From Haplodiscus bocki (taxonomy: Eukaryota): DNA of 64,000 nucleotides. Of this stretch, positions 1 through 9,100 are shown in pieces. Location: the NCBI GenBank assembly GCA_965655095.1, contig OZ296648.1:100502001-100566000 (forward strand), read 5' to 3'. The position numbers and the translations under genes were made by a program. The stretch's first letter is position 1; every line of letters starts with the position of its first letter. Below the pieces are notes generated by a model, which saw only the letters and a list, made by a program, of their open reading frames with translations, was not told the origin of the DNA and made no database searches.

Positions 1-2352
1 ACGATTCAAAACGGCAAGACCCCCTCTATGTATTTCGAACGATGCGGGACGAATTTATTAGCCATTCCCGGATTGCGCCCTAGCAATGTTTTTTCTGTCA
101 TAATACCTACACTTATATGTAACAAATTTATTCTTGGAAAGGCATTCACCAAAAATATTTGAACCAATGACTTTTGCAGGCGCTATTTGTTACTCCAGAG
201 TCATTTTACTAAAGATGGAAATAGCCTCGAAAAAATGTAAAATGTTTGTCTCAAAAGCCACGATTTCCCATGGATGTTTTGGGCATTAGGGGAGCCGCTA
301 AGTCCGGTCTTTCCCTGCTTGTTGACCAACGCTCCGATCAGCATAATATCATTCTTACATGTTCCGAAATAGTAACCTCTCTTGTTACCGTGCATTACGT
401 CATGTGAGAGTACCACGTTTATTCTGTTTTCTTTTATAGCGTGGCCTGTAATTTGTTCAAAATTTTGTCATTTTTTTGAAGTGTATTGTGATTTACTTTT
501 AGTCGAAGTTTTTTGAGAAAAAGTGCCCGCGATTACAATGTGTTATTTTGGTTTGTTATTTTGACCGCGTAGACGACACTGTTGAACACTAGATTGAAGT
601 TGCACAATTTTGTTGGTTCCAGAATTGAAGGCCACGACAATGAACAAAAACTCCTGTTTTTTTTCTGGCGATAAACCTGCATTCCATATACCAAAGGTTT
701 TTTGAAAATGCTTATAACAAAATGTATTGGGAACTAACAGTTTTCTCTGGCAATATATCAAATTGTAATGAAGAGTCCCCGTACAAAATTGTCGAGACCG
801 AGCGGAAAACATGATAATACCACTTTTGCCGAAGCCATCTTTTTCACAAATAGGATCCCCTTGCACATTTTGAGCCTTGCCGGCTGTGCAATTTTGCAGT
901 GTTAAAGGCTTTTTTGATCTTCTCAAATTTAAAATTTTACCGTTCTCTAACCTATTTTCAAACTGCCTAGTTGAAGAAAAGGTGTCTTGGAAACCGGATT
1001 ATGCATAGTTTGCTTTATCCTGTCCAATACTTGCAGCCTGTAACGTCATCAGGGAGTGTAGCAGTGTCGTGAGAACGATTAAAAACTATCTTTTTCTAGC
1101 ATGTAGTTGTTTATTTTCGCGTTGTAGAAAGTACTAATTTTGTAAACATATGGTGTGAAAAAATAAACAGCAGCCTCCTGAAATTCATGTTTTTTTCCAT
1201 CAAGGTCTTCAATGTCTTGAATAGTAGGCGGCTCAAAAAGTTATGATCCATTTCAACACTCAAAAATGCTAACATTAGTAAAGAGGACGTCAGAATTTTA
1301 CAGAAACTTCTTGAATCAGCTGTCAGTCATTGCAAATTAGGACACTTATTTCAAACATGAAAGTGAAGATCGCATTTTTGGTCAAATAGAGACAATTTTC
1401 ATACTTTGAATCTAAAATGGTCACTTTCACTCTCTGTGATTCAATGGGTGTGTGATTTCTGATAATTGAAAGGCGAAATAAGATGACATAGAAAGAAGCT
1501 CTGCCACACTATTTACCAACAACAGCTATTTGGAGAGCTTCAAATTTTGAACATATATCGGTTTTTTTGGGTCACCTTCTATGAAATACTGTTGGTGGTA
1601 TGTTGTTCATTTCCGCGTTGTTTACTGTTCAAATCTTAAACATTGGGCTGCAAAATAGTAAAACCTAAAAAGGCATGATTGAGAGGATCAATGTTAGGAT
1701 GAGGCACTGTGACAGATACTTGTCTCAATTCGACTTTCTTTTTTGAACAAAATTTCGATTGACAGCCGGTGTGGTAATTCTAAAATTGTCTCAGGTCCTT
1801 CGATGTGTAATTCTTACTTTTGATCTCTACTGAAAAGTCAGAATGTGTTGCGAAGTTCCCCTTCGTTTCTGTGTATACCTTTCTATCCGAACCTAATGTA
1901 TGTTACCATTGGTGCCTATGCTCTAGTAAGCGCTGGCCATTTTTTTGTCAAGCAATTTAGTAAAATTTTGAAGTTTGAGCTCAAAGTTTTTGTTTAGCAA
2001 TGACTTGATTATCTATCAGGATATGAACAAAATGGGAAGTCGGTTACTTTTAGATTCGGTAAATTTATAGTTTTTAGAATGGGAATTTTTTCAAGCACGA
2101 ATAAATGAAACGCCACTGGACGCGTGCCAGATAAGCAGTTCTGCTTTTCACTCGAAGGTGCCGACAGCCTTTCGAAGCCTATTTCCTCACAGCGCAAACT
2201 AGGGTACCATATTTGGAACCAATTGGTCTAGCAATGGTGTAGTATTGGCACTGGAAAACTATTAAAACGTGTGACGTCTTCATTGAATCTTAATTTTGAT
2301 GCAACGGAGTATTATCCTATAATTTTTTTCAGATCAATGTTCCGTAATTTAG

Positions 2353-4242
2353 ATGTCTTTAACAGCCGAAGAGTTTAGTTACATTTTGGCGCTTTTTAAG
2401 AGCAAAAGAGCTCCTTCTAAAAATATTAAACGCAATCGTAACTTAGAATCTGTACAAAATGCCTCCAACAACATTGAAACATCGAACCAAGCTGAACGCC
2501 TCATGGACTTGTCTCGCAGTTACATCGCATTGACCAAGTCACAAGATGTCGGAAAGAATTTTTTGGAGCCGACGTCCTACGACTGTCAGTTTTGTTGCAA
2601 ACAGTTTCGGACATCGTCGATGCTTCGTCAACACTTTGCTCAAGTGCATTCAGACCTGGGCTTCAAGTGTTCCAAATGTTTTTTCATCGCAACTTCACAA
2701 GATCATTTATCTGCCCACAAATGTAAATTAAAACCTTTCCAAACCTTCACTTGTGAGTTCTGTGAAGAAAAGTTCCGAAGTAAGAGGGATTTGCTACTAC
2801 ACATGAAAACACATGGCAAGAAACATCGGTGCAGTAAATGTGATAAGGAATATGCGGACTTGGGGAGACTTGAGAAACATTTGCGGCAGAACCATTGCAA
2901 CGACGAAACCGAAGGTGGCCAATCTTTTTCATGCTCGACATGTTCGCGGAAATTCGGCAGTAAGGAAACGTTTGCATATCACATTCGGTACGTGCACACA
3001 CAAGTTAGACCCTTCGTTTGCAAACTTTGCATGAACTCCTTCAAGACTTACAAATATCTAAAGCTACATATTTCGCTCTATCATGCAAACGGATACACTG
3101 GCAGAGTCAAGGTTGGGAAAGCGAAAGCGAAGCAGAAAGTGTGCAGCTACAAATCAGTTATCGACTTCATGAAAATGAAAAAGGCGGAGAACAAAACAGC
3201 GCCCGAGTTGAGCAAGGAAGCTCCACAGTTGAGAATTGCTTGTCCAGATTGTAATAAACTTCTGACCTCTGTAACGTCATTTTATGCCCACAAGGTGCTT
3301 CATAAAGACCCCAAAGTTTGTACCAAATGCAACGCCGTGTTTCCGTGGAAGTGGCATTTGAATAAACATGCCAAGAACTGCAACGGTAGCACCGGATCGT
3401 CCAATAAAGCATCATCTTTAAAACCTTACCAATGTTTTCTTTGCAATAATAGTTTTGCTAATGGGGCTGAACTGACAGATCATATGAAGTATCATGCTAA
3501 ACTTGATTTCAAAAGCAACAATAGCAGTTCACAACATATATCCTCTGGGTCTAACAATGATGAAAACAAAGATAACGAGGACGATGTAGAATTACCCGCA
3601 ATCATTGTGGAAGCTCCCTTTAAGACTCGTCATGATGACGTAACAAATCCTCAGGAACAAGCACAAATTTCAGAGTCTAGTCCTTCACTGCCATTTAACA
3701 TTCATCGTGGGAGTGGTGAACCAACTATGTACAATAGAACAAATAGTTCCACAACTACTGATGGCATTGACTTAAGAAGTAGATTAGAGACGCCCATTGA
3801 CTTTGAAATGTTTTCACCAATCAACCTTCCTCTTTCGGATATGACTGTTGTTGAAAACACCCCAACCGAACAGCCGACATCTTCCATCTCAAATGAAAAA
3901 TGGAACTGTGATGGAGCGATGGCTGACTATGTCTTAAACTGTTCGGACTTGATTTCTTCTCTGGACGAGAAATTGCCAATGAACTTCACATCCGGATCCG
4001 AACCAGTGAAATGCCACACACCAGAAGATCAAGTACCACAACTTTCATCATCCGCCGCCGCCATCCAGATCCAGCCGGAGCCAGTCAACGTTGACGAGAA
4101 TTCAGTTCAAGGTATCTTGAATGAGTTACTGGACACAACTGGGGGGCCTATTTCACCTTTGACTGATGCATGTTTACCCCCGTACCCGGCCACTGCTCTC
4201 ATGGTTGATGAATCATTTGTTCTTCCACATGACATGTTGTGA
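2353..4242 (+). CDS. C2H2 zinc-finger protein, 629 aa, intronless CDS, probable transcription factor
   Basis: Nine fingers: seven C2H2 (e.g. CEFCEEKFRSKRDLLLHMKTH, CSTCSRKFGSKETFAYHIRYVH) and two C2HC variants, followed by an acidic Ser/Pro-rich tail. A splice acceptor ttttttttcag ends at 2332, just upstream of the ATG. No specific orthologue recognised. Confidence 0.92.
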   Translation: MSLTAEEFSYILALFKSKRAPSKNIKRNRNLESVQNASNNIETSNQAERLMDLSRSYIALTKSQDVGKNFLEPTSYDCQFCCKQFRTSSMLRQHFAQVHSDLGFKCSKCFFIATSQDHLSAHKCKLKPFQTFTCEFCEEKFRSKRDLLLHMKTHGKKHRCSKCDKEYADLGRLEKHLRQNHCNDETEGGQSFSCSTCSRKFGSKETFAYHIRYVHTQVRPFVCKLCMNSFKTYKYLKLHISLYHANGYTGRVKVGKAKAKQKVCSYKSVIDFMKMKKAENKTAPELSKEAPQLRIACPDCNKLLTSVTSFYAHKVLHKDPKVCTKCNAVFPWKWHLNKHAKNCNGSTGSSNKASSLKPYQCFLCNNSFANGAELTDHMKYHAKLDFKSNNSSSQHISSGSNNDENKDNEDDVELPAIIVEAPFKTRHDDVTNPQEQAQISESSPSLPFNIHRGSGEPTMYNRTNSSTTTDGIDLRSRLETPIDFEMFSPINLPLSDMTVVENTPTEQPTSSISNEKWNCDGAMADYVLNCSDLISSLDEKLPMNFTSGSEPVKCHTPEDQVPQLSSSAAAIQIQPEPVNVDENSVQGILNELLDTTGGPISPLTDACLPPYPATALMVDESFVLPHDML

Positions 4243-4854
4243 CGTAATGGAAGATATCTTAATTAAAGAAACGATTTGCAACGCCATAAAAATATTTAGA
4301 ATTTAATTCTATCGATATTTAAGTTACTCGAAAGTGTAATTTAATTTTTTTTGCTCATTTCTTTTCACTACAGCGAATAGTCTCAATTTTTGTCGATAAT
4401 TTTTTGTGTCATAGTACCGAAAAACTTTGTAGGTAGGCAATCCTTGGGTTTTGTTTGAAATCTATTTTTGCCTGTACCAGAATACTTCCTTCCTTCCTTG
4501 CCTACTATATAAAATGGAGATAGTGAACCGTGTCTCGGTTTTTCAAAACAATCAAAATCTTTCTGATGTCACAGCCGAAAGTCCGAAGTCAGCAAGTGAA
4601 AAAAGAGCCAATAAACAAGCGAGAATAAACTCAGTGATAGTGTTTTGGTTATGGCGTCATGATGATCATGCCGAATGAAGAAAGCGAGTGAATTCATCAC
4701 GTCTGCCACATTGACTCGCCTGTTTTGTTCATTCAGCATGATAACAGTGATTGCGAAGCGGAAAAGAAACGTGAACATATTTTCAAAATGCCTTGGACAG
4801 ATTGAAACTTTACTCAGCCGATCTCGCGTAAAGGTTTCCTAGTGCTACAAATTA

Positions 4855-5697
4855 CAGTAGTATCAGAAAAGAATGGAACCTTTATTTGACATTTTCCTAT
4901 CAAATAGTTCTTCACTTTTGTTCATAGTAAAGCAGTTCAGATTCTAGTTCGGATAGAGTTGATACTGGAACGCTACATATACTTGTCAATAACAACTGAA
5001 AATCACATGTTATGCTCGAAACAAAAGTTTTACCTAGTTTACAATGGTCTTTGTTTGAAACTTCTAGGATCATTATTATAGAAGTTAGGAGATTTGGCAT
5101 CTCTATGTATTAAGATAGGAGGTTGAGTTTGCATCACAACTTTCGATGTTTTAAGTACCTTGTGCTCCGTTTTTGTTCACATTTCAACATCATGTCAATA
5201 TACCCCTCATCTACTTGTTACACTCAGAAGTTGGCAGCTCCCCAGTGTTAACATTATCAAAATACATAGACATTCTTTGAAAAAAACTATCATTCCCAAT
5301 GTCAAAATGTTGTAAAGGTGGTCATGCCTCAAGAAATGTCTATGCATTTTGATAGTGTAAACACTGGGGAGCTGCCAACTTCTGAGTGTAATCAGTAGAT
5401 GAGGGGCATCTTGACAGTATATGAAATGTCAACAAAAACGTAGTAGAAGGTACTTAAAACATCGAAAGTTGTGATGCAAAATCAACCTCCTATCTTAATA
5501 CATAGAGATGCAAAATCTCCTAACTTTTATAAAATTGATCCTGGAAGTTTCAAAAATAAGTCATTGTAAACTAGATGAAATTCTAAGAAACTTTTGTTTC
5601 GACGATTACTCGTGATTTTCAGTTGTTGTTGACAAGTATATGTAGCATTCCAGTATTAATTCACAAATAAAGGCTCCATTCTTTTCTGACACTACTG
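4855..5697. mobile_element. Palindromic (foldback) MITE, Tc1/mariner-type termini
   Basis: Starts CAGTAGTATCAGAAAAGAATGG and ends CCATTCTTTTCTGACACTACTG, with TA on both sides (4853-4854, 5698-5699). The two halves are imperfect reverse complements around a short centre near 5280-5330. No ORF. Confidence 0.88.
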
Positions 5698-5795
5698 TAT
5701 TAGTCGGTCGAGAAAAGTAAAGTGGACTCTGCATTACGATCTTTGGAAATATCTCTTCGATAATTTATCATATGTGCTTTTGGAATTTTTCAGAT

Positions 5796-6104
5796 ATGGA
5801 AAATTTGTATAGTGTGAGATTGGAAGCAGTAATGCGTGCTAGAAAAGGCGAAAATCAGTCGGAATGTCAAACTGATCTGGTTGCGGAAGAACGCTGGAAT
5901 TGTTTGCAGCTACTTGATTGGTCACATTCGGGTCTAATCGCTGTAGCAGTCAATAAATGTTCCGTTGAATCGGTCAATGGAGCTTCTGTTCTACAACATT
6001 GTGCCATAGCTCTGTTTGATGCCAACGAGCCTCACGTGGTTGCTATTCGCTGTACCGAGCACCATCCCAATGCTGTCATGGACTTTCTTTCCTCTGATGA
6101 TAAG
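5796..6104 (+). CDS. MED16: MED16 coding exon 1
   Basis: MENLYSVRLE...LDWSHSGLIAVA...FLSSDDK; acceptor tttttcag ends 5793; donor gttaat at 6105, with an alternative in-frame gtgagt at 6156. Confidence 0.85.
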
Positions 6105-9100
6105 GTTAATGTTTTCATCCCGATGGTTTTACTTCGTAGAAAGCTAATAACTCCAGTGAGTGACTTTACCTTAAAGGTGTTAAATTTTTGTCAAATTTGA
6201 AGTTAACATATCGAAAGCAAAACGACCCTTGGTGGTCTAGAGGGTAGCACAAAGGCTCTTAAACTAGAGGTACGCGTTACAGACGCTATAAATCGGAAGT
6301 TATTACTCTGTTTAAGCAATTCAACACAAAAGCGATTCAACCAATATTTTTGCATATGTTTCAAAATACATTTTTTGATACTCTCAGCATATGCTGACCC
6401 TTACGAGTATCCTCCACTTGGGAGTTTCGAGCGTAATGTCGCATAGGTTCACTGATCTTTAGGTCTAATGCTTGGCATTAAGTTGTGAGAAGCAGCGTGA
6501 AGCAAGTTGTTTTGTGTTACCTTGAAACCTAACTGTCACGGCATTTGCTAACGTTTATAAAAAATATCCCTCACCTCAAACAAGTCCTAATTTCGAATGG
6601 CTGTTGAACATAAAGACAGGGTTAGTCGATTGACTGTTTTTTATCGAAAAAAACAAACAAACAGTTTTTTATGCAAAAAAACATGTTTTTTATGTTTTTT
6701 ATTGTTTTTTATTATTTTCTGGCGTGAAAATACATTTGTTTCAAAAAACTTCAATTAAAATTGAAGAAAATCTATTTTTTGTTTAACTGGCGATACATAA
6801 AGGCAAGTTTAGCTGCTTTTTCATGTCCCAGCTGATTTCTCAGCTTGCCGTATGTCATTCCAAGGGTGGAAAACTGACGCTCAATTCCAGCAGATGCCCC
6901 TGTGGCTGTGACCAGTGGCAAGGAAACCGCAATAAGTTTCGAATCAAATCCAAGTCGTTGTCCACACTTCCACCAAGCAGCTGGCCGCACGTCTTGCTGA
7001 GTCTCGTCAAACAAATCTTCGCAATAAGGTGGTTCCTTCGCAAGATATTGGGTTAGCTCTGCGGTAACCGAAGCATCAAGACCTTTAATAAAAGCCTTGG
7101 CCCTTGTTAGCTCAATAGGCATTAGATTCTTTCCCCCAAATCTGTGATCCAATACATTTGCCGCAAGCATACAATCCTGCACTGCCAAATCAGCTCTTTT
7201 AGTTAGATGAGATTGAAACTGGGTTGGAAATTGTCCTCTCATGTCATTCCATATCTCAAAGCATTCAGCAAGATTGCAATCTTCTCTTTGGAAATTGTTT
7301 ATTGCGTTTTTGATGGGCTTCAAAACTTCCACCATGTCAGTTGCCGCTCTCTTCAGTAGAATGTCCTCCATATACTTGTAAACGTTTTCCGAGGGCTTCA
7401 GATTCGAATTAACAATGCAAGCTAAATCGGACCAATGAGTTATGAAATACTCTAGAGACTCACAAACTGAATTCCATCGTGTCTCAATAGGCAATGGTGG
7501 TCGTGGAACGTTCTTTTCCTTCAATTGGCCAGATTCTTGGTGACGATTACGAAAATGTTTCAACACCTGTACAATTTTTCCAATTGGGGCTTTATACTCC
7601 GCAGCAGAAATGATATCTTTGGCAAGTAAATTACCAATATGCGCGTTACACCCGTAGCAATGGAGAATGACACTTTCCTCACTTGTGATTTGCCGACGCA
7701 TTGATGCCATGTTGGCTGCATTGTCCGTCACAATCGATGTTACATGAACCTCAAACTCTTTTTCAACTTTCAATTTTTCTTCTTTCAAAAGCTCCGTTAG
7801 GTAATCCGAGTCATGGGATTTTCCGCTTGTGTCAATGGTGTTCACCAAGTAGCACGATCCATTTACACTTATGGACACTCCAATAATTGGCTCATTTTGA
7901 AGGGTGGACCATCCATCCAAAGCAAGGGTAACATTCGCGTCCTTCAGTAGCTTCACTACCTTCTGCTTCTCTTCAGCATACACCTCTTCTAGCAGCTGAC
8001 CAGCAACCCGTTTGCGGGAAGGCACCTTTGATCCTGGACGCAGCATATCGAACAGTTTTCCCAATTGTCTGTTTTCTGCCTGCAGGAATGGCGTGTTGGA
8101 AGATATGATGTATCGGGTAAATTGTAAGTCCAACTGATGTTGCATGCTTGAGCTTGTTGATCCAAAGCCCAACGTTCCCTGTCTTAGCGCCTTAGCAGGA
8201 GGCTCCGTAGTGTCAGGAGTTGAGTACGTCTCAGTTGATTGGCTCAGGGTGGGCGTCGAGTGCGCTCTTGAGCAGTGTTGATGATGAACCTTCATTCTTG
8301 CCACCAGTGGTACCATGTTGTGCCCGCACTGGTCGCATTCGGCTCGTGGACTTCCGTCGTCATTTGTTTTTTCGGAGAAAAATGCCCAAATCTCGTGCTT
8401 GTTCCTTCCCATTGCATCTGAAAAATGTGTCAGGAGTATATATGTTCCTCAATGTTTTTTATATAAAAAACAAATAAAAAACAAATGTTTTTTATGGCTG
8501 TTTTAAAACGTTTTTTATCGCACTGTTTTAAAACATTGTTTTAAAACAGCCCAACCCTGCATAAAGAATAATTTAATCTTCATGTTTTCGTAATCTAATT
8601 TTTTTGTGGAGGAATTTTGTAGCGGCGCTCAAAACGTCTGCAATTAAACTGCAAAAAAAAACACTAAAGTCCTCATCACTATAATGAAAATCGTCGAGTT
8701 TTAAATTTACTAGAGGTAGTGTTATTTTAGGGCAGCAAGATTATAAAACAAGACGAGCGGCTGCTACCGGCATATTTTACGCCCGACAGGAATGTTTTAT
8801 TAGATTTTGCAAGTGTTTGTAGTTATGTTATTGTTAATGACTAGGGTCGTTTTTTCTTTCAGTACGAAAAAAAAAACGATTCTGAAAATCGTAATAAAAA
8901 AGTTGAAAAGTATGGGTAAATGCTGAGAATCGAACACGTACTTGTCGCTTCAGAACCATGTTGTCCTAACCACTGTGCTATGATAATTTCTTACTTATTT
9001 CAGATTGCAGCGGAAACAAAAATATATATATGGCGGGGCGTAGATTCGAACCAGGTCCTACTACTTGGGAAATTTTTGTCCTAACCCCACTGCCGAGATA

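Noticed and set aside
201-926. ORFs 201-416(-) and 543-926(-)
   Set aside because: No recognisable domain or splice context; non-ATG starts; consistent with chance ORFs.
8920-9096. Genuine tRNA genes here and at about 33144, 34025, 37365, 60888 and 63577
   Set aside because: A/B boxes are present, but I could not fold convincing acceptor and anticodon stems, so they are treated as tRNA-derived repeats.
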